Notes: generated by a model not told the origin, from the sequence alone. Numbered from the stretch's first letter, positions 38,256 through 48,703 are shown. The stretch is DNA of 64,000 nt from a virus (IMGVR_UViG_3300012942_000043:7897-71896), one strand, 5' to 3'. Program-made: numbers and translations.

Positions 38256-39542
38256 GTGCCCAGGAGAACTGTGTCCATCGACGCCAGTGTGATTTCTTAT
38301 ATCGTCCGCTATGAAGATTTGATCGGAGTGCAGCAAGCTGGCATCACCCGCGAATTCTTCGTAGATGAGTGGCGGTCGATCTACAACTACATCCTGAAGG
38401 TCAAGCGCGAGCACGACACGGTTCCCTCGCTCGACACACTCCAGGCCCGCTATCCGGAGTCAGCGTTACCGCGTGTGAAGGCAAGCGAGTTCCCGCTGCT
38501 CATCTCACAGATCCGGCAGCGCAAGAAGTACTTGTCATTTCTGGAGTCGCTCAACGACGCGGCCACCAATTTAGGCGGAGACTTCGATCAGGTAGATGAT
38601 GCCATTCAGCGGCTGCAGGGAAACCTTAACAAGATCTCATATGACAAGTACCAGCAGAACCATCTGGTCAACTTGTTCTCTCCAGAGATCAGTAAGCGCA
38701 TGGTGGCTGAGGTGCGGGAACGTAGGCGTGGAGCGGTCGTGGGTATCCCCACCGGCTTCAACCGACTGGATCAGCTGGCGGGTGGGCTGCAGCGTCAGAA
38801 GATGGTAACTATCATTGGTAGATCGGGACTTGGTAAGTCTTGGTGTGATCTGGCTTTCGTGGCATCAGCAACTATGGCTGGTTACTCCTGCATCTTGTAT
38901 CCGCTGGAGATGACGCTGTTCGAAACAGCGGCACGGTTATACACCATCTACAGTCAGAAGATGTTTGGTGCTTCCAAGGTCATCAAGAATTTCGATATCA
39001 CTTCCGGCAATGTCAACACTCGAACTTTAGTACGGTTCCTCAACACTCTCCAGGATAAGCTGCCTGGGTCTCTGCACATCGCTGATGTTGGATCACTTTC
39101 AGATCCGTACACCAACGAGCGTATTGAGGCTGAGGTTGAGGCACATAAGCCTGACATGTTCTGGGTGGACTACATCACACTACTCAAGGCTCCTAGCGAT
39201 GACAGGCGTGCTGAAGGTCACGAGTTGGTGCGCAAGCTGTCCAACGGCATCAAGAACACCGCCATGCGGCGCAACGTAGTAGGTGGTGCCTCAGCACAGG
39301 TAAACCGCGAAGCGATCAAAGCTGGAGCCTGGCTTCCTCGCCTGGAGCATATTGCCTACGGTGATGCTATTGGTCAGGACAGCGATATGGTGATAAGTGT
39401 AGGACGGCGACAAGGAGATCTGTGGTACGCCTTGGTGAAGAATCGAGGCGGCATCGAGTTCGGCAAAACTAGAATCAAGTTCTCTCCCAATGACGGTGTC
39501 ATTGAGGAATACCTAGAACAGGACACTGATGACGACGACTAG
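38256..39542 (+). CDS. dnaB: DnaB-like replicative helicase
   Basis: IPTGF, GRSGLGKS, VDYI, QVNR, QDSD, KNR. Confidence 0.92.
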   Translation: MPRRTVSIDASVISYIVRYEDLIGVQQAGITREFFVDEWRSIYNYILKVKREHDTVPSLDTLQARYPESALPRVKASEFPLLISQIRQRKKYLSFLESLNDAATNLGGDFDQVDDAIQRLQGNLNKISYDKYQQNHLVNLFSPEISKRMVAEVRERRRGAVVGIPTGFNRLDQLAGGLQRQKMVTIIGRSGLGKSWCDLAFVASATMAGYSCILYPLEMTLFETAARLYTIYSQKMFGASKVIKNFDITSGNVNTRTLVRFLNTLQDKLPGSLHIADVGSLSDPYTNERIEAEVEAHKPDMFWVDYITLLKAPSDDRRAEGHELVRKLSNGIKNTAMRRNVVGGASAQVNREAIKAGAWLPRLEHIAYGDAIGQDSDMVISVGRRQGDLWYALVKNRGGIEFGKTRIKFSPNDGVIEEYLEQDTDDDD

Positions 39543-39987
39543 GCATGAGATGGCTCGCGAGTGGCAGACGGCCCTGAAGCGAGAGGTGCCTACCAAGCCA
39601 ACGTTAGAAGAAATGATCGGCGGACTGGACCACAAGCACGCCGAGGTGTTGGCTGAGGAGATGATTGAGCTCCTAGGTGCTATGGGCTTCAAGCTTCAGC
39701 ACAAGGGCACAGGAGTAACCATCACCGAGGACGATGTGCAGGTGGTGCGAGATCCAGATGTAACTCCAGACATTGTCAAGATTGCACACGAGTCTACGGA
39801 TGTGTGTTACATCACTGAAACCACGGCAGCGATGTACGGATTTGCTATCGATCCGGTATTCGCCGAGATCCATGCTTCCAACATGACTCGCATCGACGCG
39901 GATGGCAATCTGCTTCGTCATCCCAGCCGCAATCCGTCCCTCACTTACCGAGCGCCCAATGTGGTGCGCGCGATGCTGTTTGCTTAG
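39529..39987 (+). CDS. All-alpha NTP pyrophosphohydrolase (MazG/DR2231-like dUTPase)
   Basis: EEMIE...ESTDVCY...EIHASNM. Confidence 0.8.
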   Translation: MTTTRHEMAREWQTALKREVPTKPTLEEMIGGLDHKHAEVLAEEMIELLGAMGFKLQHKGTGVTITEDDVQVVRDPDVTPDIVKIAHESTDVCYITETTAAMYGFAIDPVFAEIHASNMTRIDADGNLLRHPSRNPSLTYRAPNVVRAMLFA

Positions 39988-39996
39988 AATAGCATC

Positions 39997-40287
39997 GTGG
40001 CTGTTTATGTAGATAACGTTTACATCCCTGCGAAGGTCGGCAATATGCGGCCAGCGGTGTGGTGCCACATGACAGCGGACACGAAGGATGAGCTCCACGC
40101 CTTCGCGGTGATGTTAGGCATGAACACTCGATGGTTCCAGGACAAGCCCAACGGGCTGTGGCACTACGATGTCACTAAGACGGTCAGGGCACGAGCGGTG
40201 CGAGCCGGAGCCATCGAGATCACCAACACGCCAGAGGACTTCGCCAATATCTGGCATCGGCCGGGAAGAGAGGGTGTCAATGCGTAA
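39997..40287 (+). CDS. DUF4031-family protein
   Basis: VYVD...WCHMTAD..ELHAFA..LG...HYDV...AVRAGA. Confidence 0.8.
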   Translation: MAVYVDNVYIPAKVGNMRPAVWCHMTADTKDELHAFAVMLGMNTRWFQDKPNGLWHYDVTKTVRARAVRAGAIEITNTPEDFANIWHRPGREGVNA

Positions 40288-40609
40288 GCTGCGCAACATC
40301 GCCAAGGACTGGTTCGGTCGTCTCGAAGATCACGAGATTGACGAAGGTCGCATGCTGGTGGATTACGAGAGTAGTGCTCCAGATAACCCGCATTGGGAAT
40401 TGCTGGTCTGGCGGCTTCCTGCTCGGCAACTCACCCTAACAGCCGGATTCGATTGGAACCGTGGCTACGACAACGATTACAGCGCGGAGCTATCAACTGA
40501 CTGGAACATGTTCTATGTGACGATACTCTTCGTCACCATTTCACTGCGGCACTACCCTTTCGGGTATGGCAAGAACCGTGAATCTACACAGTTGAGACTG
40601 GTCAGCTAG
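40280..40609 (+). CDS. Hypothetical protein
   Basis: Overlapping start, GAGGG RBS. Confidence 0.6.
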   Translation: MRKLRNIAKDWFGRLEDHEIDEGRMLVDYESSAPDNPHWELLVWRLPARQLTLTAGFDWNRGYDNDYSAELSTDWNMFYVTILFVTISLRHYPFGYGKNRESTQLRLVS

Positions 40610-40610
40610 T

Positions 40611-41687
40611 GTGGGCACCGCCATCGATTACGGGGTTGAGGATGTCCGCGAAGTTGTAGCGGAAGTCTTCAGACTCGAGTTCATCGACCTAGGACGAGAG
40701 CTCACGCTACATTGTCCCAATCCTGATCACAACGATAGCAAGCCGTCGTGCTCCATCAACTCAATCACAGGATTGTGGAACTGCTTCTCATGTGAAGCAG
40801 GCGGTGACATTGCCGACCTTGGCGCATTGGTGCTGCACCAGACGCTGAATCAGGTCAGCGCGGTGCTCAGCCCGCACACCCCGGAGGCGCGCCTAGCGGC
40901 CCTGAAGCGGCGCGTGGAGCGTCTGAGTGAGCGAGCAGCCCCTGTGTCGCCCAGCGAGCCAGTGCGCGTGCCCAGGAAGCGCGCAGCGCGGTTCCCGATT
41001 GATGCGCTCATGGAGCGGCAGTTCACTTACGAGCAGCAGAAACGATGGGACATTGCCTGGATAACTGAGCAGAAGCTGCAGGGGTCTCAAAAGGAGTTCA
41101 ACGTCACGTCTTCGATTGGCATCCCAATCAAGGACAGCGACAGTACTTTGCAAGCATGGTGCTACGGTGCCACTCGAGAGTCAGCTAGCTGGCAGCCGAA
41201 GTATTTGTACACTCCTGGTGTCGAGATCAATGAGCTATGGTTTGGATTGCAGCACCACACCGATGCTGAGCACATCACGGTAGTTGAAGGCGCTCTCGAT
41301 GCTATGTGGGCGGACCAGTGTGGTGTCCCGGCGTTGGCTCTGCTAGGCTCCAAGATGGGTGACAAGAAGATTCGCTGGCTCCAGCGTTACAAGTCAGTGA
41401 CACTAATGCCAGACCGTGATCAAGCTGGACTGAAGTGGGCTGTGCGTGTTGGTGACGCACTAGTAGAACGAGTGCCGGTGCGAGTAGCACAGTACCGTCC
41501 ATGGATGCTGCGGAAGCGTCCAGTAGCCGACGGAAGCTGGCCGGAAGCAAAGGACCCTGAGGATTTGCGTCCAATAGACCTTGAGATCATGTTGGCTACG
41601 GCTTCACCCTACATGATGTGGCGTAGAAGAATTGCAAACTTCATCCCACCTGAGGACCGTCGTCGGCGGGTTCGTCGGGTAGGATAG
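40611..41687 (+). CDS. dnaG: DNA primase (CHC2 zinc finger plus TOPRIM)
   Basis: CPNPDH...CFSC, PKY, VVEGALDA, DRDQAG, KDP. Confidence 0.9.
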   Translation: MGTAIDYGVEDVREVVAEVFRLEFIDLGRELTLHCPNPDHNDSKPSCSINSITGLWNCFSCEAGGDIADLGALVLHQTLNQVSAVLSPHTPEARLAALKRRVERLSERAAPVSPSEPVRVPRKRAARFPIDALMERQFTYEQQKRWDIAWITEQKLQGSQKEFNVTSSIGIPIKDSDSTLQAWCYGATRESASWQPKYLYTPGVEINELWFGLQHHTDAEHITVVEGALDAMWADQCGVPALALLGSKMGDKKIRWLQRYKSVTLMPDRDQAGLKWAVRVGDALVERVPVRVAQYRPWMLRKRPVADGSWPEAKDPEDLRPIDLEIMLATASPYMMWRRRIANFIPPEDRRRRVRRVG

Positions 41688-41727
41688 CTCGGGTCGGAGT
41701 GGCTCTCCGACATACGAGAGGGAACAC

Positions 41728-42138
41728 ATGAACGCTCAGGAAACTTTGGCACGGTTCGAGGCGTCGGTCGTCGAGTACCGTGGTACGATCAGGACTTTCG
41801 CACGCAACTCTGTCCGGCAACTCCCCAGCATGGACATCGAGGACATCGAGCAAGAACTGCTCATGGTGTTGTGGAAGTGTGTGCAGAACTACGACCCGTC
41901 GCGCGGTGCATCATTCAACACCCTGTTTCAGGGTAGTGCCAAGAACAAAATCATCGGTTTGATCCGGCACTACAGCACCAAGAAGCGCAACGGCGACTAT
42001 TTGCTAACCTCGATCAACACTGACGAGATGTCGGCTGTCATCGAATCCATGCACAAGGACGGATCAGCAGAGGACTGGTACTTGGCGCTGTCAGAGCACG
42101 GCGAGAAGTTGTCACAGGAGATGAAGCGTGGTGCATGA
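41728..42138 (+). CDS. Sigma-70-like protein with region 2 only
   Basis: DIEDIEQE..LWKCVQNYDPSRGASFNT; only 136 aa, no region 4 HTH. Confidence 0.75.
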   Translation: MNAQETLARFEASVVEYRGTIRTFARNSVRQLPSMDIEDIEQELLMVLWKCVQNYDPSRGASFNTLFQGSAKNKIIGLIRHYSTKKRNGDYLLTSINTDEMSAVIESMHKDGSAEDWYLALSEHGEKLSQEMKRGA

Positions 42139-42376
42139 TGAAAACGTTGGTAGCGACGAGCCCCTTACCCAGAAGGTAAGCTGGTCACCAATTAAGGCGT
42201 TGCGGTTCGCCTACGAGACCCAAGAATGCCGCCACTGTCATCTCACCGGAACCTTGAAGCACCCTGCCATTAGTAATAGTGGTCTTATTGCTAGAGCTTG
42301 CTCTGCGTGTAAGCGGATCACAATCGTCGAGCAGGACCAGTTCTTTAAGGACGCTATTCGAAGGAGCACTGCGTAG
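42131..42376 (+). CDS. Zinc-ribbon protein
   Basis: CRHC...CSAC. Confidence 0.6.
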   Translation: MHDENVGSDEPLTQKVSWSPIKALRFAYETQECRHCHLTGTLKHPAISNSGLIARACSACKRITIVEQDQFFKDAIRRSTA

Positions 42377-42385
42377 AATATGTCT

Positions 42386-42580
42386 ATGAGTTCCGCTGCG
42401 GCCCGGTCTGACGTGACCAATCTCGGTGTAGCTCGCGCACGGCGACTGCTGAATGACTTGAAGTCCCATCCGTTCATCGCCTTCGTATTTGTAGACGGGC
42501 AGATCTCCGTTTACTGCAAGGATATGCCGGAAGAGGACCGAGAGTACTTGCAGTCGATGCTCGACGACCTGAATGCGTAA
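42386..42580 (+). CDS. Hypothetical protein
   Basis: TAGAAT 6 nt before the ATG; alternative start at 42380. Confidence 0.6.
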   Translation: MSSAAARSDVTNLGVARARRLLNDLKSHPFIAFVFVDGQISVYCKDMPEEDREYLQSMLDDLNA

Positions 42581-42615
42581 CATACGAGTACACCGTTCCT
42601 ACCGAGAGGGTTCTA

Positions 42616-43647
42616 ATGCCTGGTCGTGCACGTACCGCGACGAAGCCTCGCGCCACTAAGGTGCCAGCTTCGCGCGGGATCACTGTCAAGACCTTCCGTG
42701 GTCTCAACAAGAAGCGGATGGAGTCGAAGCAGTCCAAGAACTTCGGCAAGCGCGTCAACCTCAAGCAGGGCGACACGATTCCGGTGCAGTTCTTGCAGCT
42801 GCCGGATGAGTTCATCGAGTACGAGATGCACTCGTTCCAGGAGAACGGTCGCTGGACCTACGTTCCCTGCGTCGGTGACAACTGCCCGATGTGTGCGGAC
42901 GAGTCTCAGGCGATCTCTAGGACGAGCTATCGCTTCGCGGCCAACGTCTTCAACCTCAAGGAGAAGAAGGTCCAGATCCTAGAGGGACCGAAGGACCTGG
43001 CGTCGCGCATCTTCTACCGCTACGAGCGCGGTGAGGCGAAGTTCCTGAAGCGCACCTTCGAGATCACCAAGTTCCCGACGCAGCCTGTCAGCTACGATGT
43101 GTCGATCGGCGAGGAACCGGCTGTCAAGACCACGTCCCTTACGCTGCACGACCTGGACGATTACATCGTCGAAGAGGCGAAGCGCTACTACGGTGACGAG
43201 CTCCCTGAGGTGTCGGCTCTGGACGCGGAGGACGAGCTTGACGACGACGCTGAGCTCGATGACGACCTCGAAGATGAGGACGAGGACGAGTCGCCCTTCG
43301 ACGAAGATGACGATGAGGAAGACGAAGAAGCTGAGGACGACGGCTACACCGAGGCTGATCTCAAGAAGCTGTCACTCGCGAAGCTGAAGGAGATCGTCGA
43401 GGAAGAGCTCGAACTCGACCTTCCGAAGCGCGCCGCCAAGCCTGCCCTCATTGAATTCATCCTGGAGAACCAGGGTGAGTACGAGGACGAAGAGGAAGAA
43501 GACGAAGAGCTCGAAGATGATGACGACCTCGAAGAGGATGAGGACCTCGACGAGGACGAAGACGAGGACGACGAGGGGGAAGAAGAGGACGAGCCGCCAG
43601 CGCGCACCCGCCGCGCCAGCGGAAAGGCGTCCAGTCGTCGCCGCTGA
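42616..43647 (+). CDS. gp32-like single-stranded DNA-binding protein with long acidic tail
   Basis: H...YVPCVGDNCPMC; D/E-rich tail containing an HeH/SAP-like helix pair. Confidence 0.75.
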   Translation: MPGRARTATKPRATKVPASRGITVKTFRGLNKKRMESKQSKNFGKRVNLKQGDTIPVQFLQLPDEFIEYEMHSFQENGRWTYVPCVGDNCPMCADESQAISRTSYRFAANVFNLKEKKVQILEGPKDLASRIFYRYERGEAKFLKRTFEITKFPTQPVSYDVSIGEEPAVKTTSLTLHDLDDYIVEEAKRYYGDELPEVSALDAEDELDDDAELDDDLEDEDEDESPFDEDDDEEDEEAEDDGYTEADLKKLSLAKLKEIVEEELELDLPKRAAKPALIEFILENQGEYEDEEEEDEELEDDDDLEEDEDLDEDEDEDDEGEEEDEPPARTRRASGKASSRRR

Positions 43648-43681
43648 GTAGCGAGTAGTCAGGGGTATATTCGCACACAGC

Positions 43682-43721
43682 TACCACCCCAGTTTGCACC
43701 CTCCCGCAAACTGGGGTGGTA
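43682..43721 (+). terminator. 16-bp perfect stem-loop after the SSB gene
   Basis: TACCACCCCAGTTTGC / GCAAACTGGGGTGGTA. Confidence 0.65.
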
Positions 43722-43744
43722 CTCTATCTAGGAGTTATCACTTA

Positions 43745-44389
43745 ATGTTTGATCTTCCCTTCATCATGGCTCCTGGCAAGCTGGTAGTGTTCGAGGGGCT
43801 CGATGCCACTGGCAAATCCACACAGTTGGATCGGTTCGAGCGGTCGTGCTACGCTCCGCAGCTGGGACGTGAGTTAGTGAACCCGCTGCCGATGTTCACC
43901 CACCAACCGTCTGGCGCTACCGGGATCGGACCCGACATCTATTCGCTCACCGAGCAGGTGGACTGGACTAAGGCGTCTCCACTCACTCGTCAGTATTTGC
44001 ACCTGGCGGCTCATAGCGAGCACTACCAGCACGACATCATTCCAGCGCTGCAGGAGCGGTCAGTATGGATGGATCGCTGCTGGTGGTCTACTGTGGCGTA
44101 CGGCTACCGTGGTGAGGTGGCTGATATGTTCTCTTGGGACGAGTGGATCACCTTCGCTCAGGTGCCTACTCGTGGAATGCGACCGGATGTCGTATTTCTG
44201 TTCTTGGAGCGTTATGGCGCGGAGGATGGTCGTGGAGACGACGAAACCACCGTGCAGAACTATCGGTGGTTGGCTGATGAGCATGCACCGTACGTCGAGG
44301 TTGTGCCGCGACTCGGAGTCGGTGAGACCACTGCCTTCATCTCTGGCAAGTTGTACAATCGCGGACTGTTGAAGACTTTGGAGAATTGA
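43745..44389 (+). CDS. tmk: Thymidylate (dNMP) kinase
   Basis: FEGLDATGKSTQ, DRCWWSTVAYG, PDVVFL. Confidence 0.88.
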   Translation: MFDLPFIMAPGKLVVFEGLDATGKSTQLDRFERSCYAPQLGRELVNPLPMFTHQPSGATGIGPDIYSLTEQVDWTKASPLTRQYLHLAAHSEHYQHDIIPALQERSVWMDRCWWSTVAYGYRGEVADMFSWDEWITFAQVPTRGMRPDVVFLFLERYGAEDGRGDDETTVQNYRWLADEHAPYVEVVPRLGVGETTAFISGKLYNRGLLKTLEN

Positions 44390-45549
44390 TGTACACCTTC
44401 TCTGGTAAGGCCAACCAGGTTTACGCCAAGGCTATCGAGGCGTTGGTGGGTCAGGATGACGACTCGCTCATCTCGTCGCGGGTTGCGGCTACCGTCGAGA
44501 TCCATCCGGCCATCATGGAGATCACCAAGCCTCGGCAGCGGCTGATCACTGCCTACGGTCGCCCGGTCAACCCAGCGTTCGCACTAGCTGAGGTGCTGTG
44601 GATTCTCAGCGGCCGTAATGATGTAGGTTATCTGAAGTACTACAACTCGTCTATCGACAACTACTCGGACGACGGCTCTACCTTCAATGCTGCGTACGGC
44701 GAGCGACTGCGGTTCGCTCACGGCCATGACCAGATCGAAGACGTGGTCATGAATTTGAAGGAGAACCCCAACACTCGTCAGGCTGTGCTCAACATCTGGC
44801 ACCCGCAGCATGACCGAGCCTACAATCTGCAGCGTGAGTTTGACGCTGACATGAAGCCGATCAAGAGCTCTATGCAGCCGAATGTAACGAAGGACCGCGC
44901 CTGCAACGTGGTGAGTCACCTGCTCATCCGTAACGGTCGGCTGGACTGGGTTCAGTTCATGCGATCCAATGACATCATCTGGGGTACTCCGAACAACTTC
45001 ATGCAGTGGATGCACCTGCAGGAGTACATCGCCACTCGGGTCGGCGTCAAGGTAGGTAAGTACTACCACATTGCTGACAGCCTGCACCTGTACGATTATC
45101 ACATCGAAGAGGCGCGTCACATCCACGAGTACGACCTGTATGAAGCCACCGGCTCACGCCACGAGCAGATGGGTAAGCTCGGGGTAACGCAGGATGCTAT
45201 TAATTACATGGTGGCCGCGAGCCAGTCGATCCAGGCGTTGAACTTCGAGTTTCTCAACTGGCGCGCACAGTACATCAAGCTGAAGGCGGAAGTGCTAACT
45301 CGGTGCGGATCGTACTGGGAGGATGTGTTCGACATCCTGGTGGCGTGGCACGCCTACAAGTCTGGCAACGATATCGAGGCTGGCAGAATGTTGAACCAGC
45401 ATCCAGATCAGGTACTAGCTGTTGCTCAGATGCGGCATTTCTACTACTGGCGCTGGCACCAGCCCGGATACGAGCACATCGTGGCTGAAGCCATCGACGG
45501 TAAGTCTTATGAATCCTGGTTGAAGTACTCGCACCACACCGGAAAGTAG
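44386..45549 (+). CDS. Thymidylate synthase superfamily enzyme, probable dUMP hydroxymethylase or methylase
   Basis: AYGERL, TRQAV, KDRACN, MRSNDIIWGTPNN, SLHLY. Confidence 0.85.
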   Translation: MMYTFSGKANQVYAKAIEALVGQDDDSLISSRVAATVEIHPAIMEITKPRQRLITAYGRPVNPAFALAEVLWILSGRNDVGYLKYYNSSIDNYSDDGSTFNAAYGERLRFAHGHDQIEDVVMNLKENPNTRQAVLNIWHPQHDRAYNLQREFDADMKPIKSSMQPNVTKDRACNVVSHLLIRNGRLDWVQFMRSNDIIWGTPNNFMQWMHLQEYIATRVGVKVGKYYHIADSLHLYDYHIEEARHIHEYDLYEATGSRHEQMGKLGVTQDAINYMVAASQSIQALNFEFLNWRAQYIKLKAEVLTRCGSYWEDVFDILVAWHAYKSGNDIEAGRMLNQHPDQVLAVAQMRHFYYWRWHQPGYEHIVAEAIDGKSYESWLKYSHHTGK

Positions 45550-45558
45550 GCTAGGAAG

Positions 45559-48500
45559 TTGTCGCGCCCCACGAAGTTGTCGCGGCCTACCAAGCCGCAG
45601 TTCGTACACTTACATGTCCACAGCGAGAATTCGATGCTGGATGGACTGGCCACTTCGAAGGAGTATGTTGCCCGCGCTGAGGCGCAGGGGATGCCTGCCA
45701 TTGCTCAGACTGATCATGGCAACCTGATTGGTTCAGCAGAGTTCTACAAGGCAGCGCGAGCGGCTGGCATTGATCCTATCTTGGGTTGCGAGTTCTATTT
45801 CTCTGACTCGTTCGAGCGATCGAAGGAAGAGAAGGACGCGGAGCGGTCTCACATCACCATCCTGGGGATTGGCGCTGAGGGTTACCGCACGCTGAGTAAG
45901 CTGAACCAGGCTACCTGGGAGCAGTTCTACTACAAGCCGATCCTGGACCGAGCACTCGTTGAGAAGATGAGCGATGCCGAGAAGGACTCGCTGGTGGTGA
46001 TGAGTGGCTGTGCCGGATCGCGGCTGTCTCGCTTCCTCATGGCTGGTGATGCGCGGTCGGCCCGAGAAGAGCTCATCTGGTGGCGCGACAACTTCCAGCA
46101 CTATTACATCGAGATCATGCACCACTACACTGATTTCGATCGTAAGCTCAATCGTAAACTGATTGCTCTGGCGCAGAAGTATGACATCCCGCTGGTCATC
46201 ACTAATGATCCGCACTACTCAGTGGTGGATGATCACAAGTTCCACGATGCTCTTCTGGCTATTCAGACTGCCAGTGATATCGATGACCCGAACCGTTTCC
46301 GGTTTGATGGTCACGGATACTATCTCAAGTCTGCCCGCGAGATGCGCGCTACCTTTGCCAAGCGCTACGGTGAAGATATTTGGACTGAGGGTTCGCGGAG
46401 CACACTCGAGATTGCAGAGATGTGTCACACGCGAATTGATGCTTGGGAGAAGAAGACCTGGCAGCTGCCGAAGTACCCGGATGTGGATAACAGCCGTGCT
46501 GAGCTCAAGCGGCTGGTGATCAAGGGGCTCAAGCGGATCGGTAAGTACAACGATCCGGAGTATCGCAAGCAAGCACTGCGTGAGCTCAAGGTGATCAATG
46601 ACGTTGGCATCGAAGACTTCTTGCTCATCACTCGTGACACTATCGAGTGGTGTCGAGGTGGCGGTGCTCACCCCGAGTTGGGTCCTCTGCGAGTAGGACC
46701 TGGTCGTGGCTCTGTCGCTGGTTCACTGGTAGCCTACCTCATCGGTATTCACAAGATGGATCCGATCAAGTACAACTTGCGTTTTGATCGATTCCTCAAC
46801 CCTGCTCGTCCGAAGATGCCAGACATCGACACCGACTTCAGTCAGGATCGCCGCCAGGAAGTGTTCGACTACAGCATTGACAAGTACGGCGTTGAGAACA
46901 CTATGGCAGTTGCGGCTTACAACAAGATGCAGGTGAAGTCTGCGTTCAACTCCATCAGCCGATCGTTCGGTGTGAACTATTTAGATTCTCAGCGGCTCAA
47001 TAAAGAGATCATCGAAGAGAAGGATGACGAGGGCGAGACCCGCTTCATCCTGCCAGAAGAGATCACTAATCGCTTCCCTGAGATGTCGTCGATCCTGCAT
47101 CGACTGGCTGGTATCAAGCGAGGCATCAGCGCTCACCCTGCGGGTCTGATCATTGCCTCTCCAGAAACCAAGCTGCGAGAGCAGGTGCCGGAGATGTACA
47201 TCCCATCGTCAAAGCGTTGGGTGGCGGCGTACGACAAGAAGACCATCGAGTCCATGGGGTTGATGAAGCAGGACTTCTTGGGCCTGCGCACCCTGGACAC
47301 CATCGCCGAGTGCCTCAAGCTGATCAAGGATCGTACTGGCGAGGACCTAGAGCCTGACGAGTGGATTCCTGATGAGATGCCGCGTGACGACGAGGTGTAC
47401 GCCATGCTCGCAGAGGGAAAGACAGCGGGCGTGTTCCAGATGGAAGGTGCCACTAACCAGCGCGGCTGCAAGGATGTCAAGCCTAAAGACTTCGAAGACA
47501 TTGTCAGCATCACGTCGCTGTACCGCACTGGACCGATCGCAGCTGGCTACCCGGAGCAGTTCGTCAACCACCGGAAGATCGGTCGAGCTCGCATCAAGTA
47601 CATCCACCCGCTTCTGAAGCCAATCCTGGAGCCAACCTGGGGTGTCATTCTGTACCAGGAACAGGTGATGGAGATCGGCGCAGTGTTGGCTGGTTTTAGT
47701 ATGGTACAAGTAGATGAAATCAAAGAGGCTATCAAAGACAAGTCGTCAGACGAGATGGATCGTATGCGCCCGGTGTTTATCGAAGGCTGCAAGATTACTA
47801 ACGACATCTCAGAAGCCATCGCCACACAGGTGTGGGACATCATCGAGGGTTACGCAGGGTACGGTTACAACCGTGCGCACGCGGTAGCCTACACCTTCCT
47901 CACCTACCAGACGGCGCGGCTCAAGAAGCTGTATCCGGTGGAGTTCACCGCAGCGCTACTGCGCACGGTCCCGAACAAGAAGGAGAACATCGAGCGGCGT
48001 CAGCTGTACATGCGGGAGGCTATCGCGCTCGGAGCCAAGATCCAGCCACCGGACATCAACATCTCGATGGGCGGCGCGACGCCAGAACGCGACAGGGACG
48101 TGATCCGTCTCGGACTGGAGGACTACACCGGAATCGGCGAGAAGCAGGCGCAGAAGCTGCTTCAGGGCCGTCCCGAGGGCGGTTACCAGCACTTCGACGA
48201 GGTAGCTGCGGCGGTCAACAATAAGGGTGTGATGGAGAAGCTGGCTATCGGGTCGGCGCTGGAGTCCATCGGCATCCCCGGCGACGAGCACGCGACGGAG
48301 AAGCTGCTTAACTGGACCTTCAAAGATCGCATGAAGAAGTACCGAGTGCGTTACCAAGACATCGTCAAGCTGCCATCAGATCTCGCAGACGATGATAACG
48401 AAGCGGTACTAGTTGGTATGATCCAGCGCATCACTCACGGACAGACCAAGAATAACACTCCGTACCTCACCTGGCACATGCGTTACTCGATCACCGAGTC

Positions 48501-48663
48501 GTTTGATATTCGACTGTGGTCTGAGACTCGTCGCTTCTGGACACTACCAGAAGGGTCAGTAGTGCTGGTGCGCGGCGAGTGGTCTCGCCACTGGGTCAAC
48601 TTGTCCACCGGGAAGCCTGGAGACATCGAAGTAATTCAGCGTGCACCCAGAGCGACAGACTAG
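45559..48663 (+). CDS. dnaE: DNA polymerase III alpha subunit
   Basis: PHP domain HLHVHS, TDHG, TNDPHY; GPGRGS; PDIDTD; HPAG; YNRAHA. Confidence 0.95.
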   Translation: MSRPTKLSRPTKPQFVHLHVHSENSMLDGLATSKEYVARAEAQGMPAIAQTDHGNLIGSAEFYKAARAAGIDPILGCEFYFSDSFERSKEEKDAERSHITILGIGAEGYRTLSKLNQATWEQFYYKPILDRALVEKMSDAEKDSLVVMSGCAGSRLSRFLMAGDARSAREELIWWRDNFQHYYIEIMHHYTDFDRKLNRKLIALAQKYDIPLVITNDPHYSVVDDHKFHDALLAIQTASDIDDPNRFRFDGHGYYLKSAREMRATFAKRYGEDIWTEGSRSTLEIAEMCHTRIDAWEKKTWQLPKYPDVDNSRAELKRLVIKGLKRIGKYNDPEYRKQALRELKVINDVGIEDFLLITRDTIEWCRGGGAHPELGPLRVGPGRGSVAGSLVAYLIGIHKMDPIKYNLRFDRFLNPARPKMPDIDTDFSQDRRQEVFDYSIDKYGVENTMAVAAYNKMQVKSAFNSISRSFGVNYLDSQRLNKEIIEEKDDEGETRFILPEEITNRFPEMSSILHRLAGIKRGISAHPAGLIIASPETKLREQVPEMYIPSSKRWVAAYDKKTIESMGLMKQDFLGLRTLDTIAECLKLIKDRTGEDLEPDEWIPDEMPRDDEVYAMLAEGKTAGVFQMEGATNQRGCKDVKPKDFEDIVSITSLYRTGPIAAGYPEQFVNHRKIGRARIKYIHPLLKPILEPTWGVILYQEQVMEIGAVLAGFSMVQVDEIKEAIKDKSSDEMDRMRPVFIEGCKITNDISEAIATQVWDIIEGYAGYGYNRAHAVAYTFLTYQTARLKKLYPVEFTAALLRTVPNKKENIERRQLYMREAIALGAKIQPPDINISMGGATPERDRDVIRLGLEDYTGIGEKQAQKLLQGRPEGGYQHFDEVAAAVNNKGVMEKLAIGSALESIGIPGDEHATEKLLNWTFKDRMKKYRVRYQDIVKLPSDLADDDNEAVLVGMIQRITHGQTKNNTPYLTWHMRYSITESFDIRLWSETRRFWTLPEGSVVLVRGEWSRHWVNLSTGKPGDIEVIQRAPRATD

Positions 48664-48669
48664 TTTTCG

Positions 48670-48675
48670 TATAAT
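48670..48675 (+). promoter_or_regulatory. -10 box upstream of recA
   Basis: Intergenic TATAAT before an AAGGAG RBS. Confidence 0.5.
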
Positions 48676-48703
48676 ACAGCTGTACCCCAGCTAAGGAGAA
48701 TCG

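Noticed and set aside
45556..45595. Short tandem duplication AAGTTGTCGCG at the dnaE start (SRPTK twice)
   Set aside because: An 18-nt in-frame duplication that only makes the start ambiguous (45559 or 45577).
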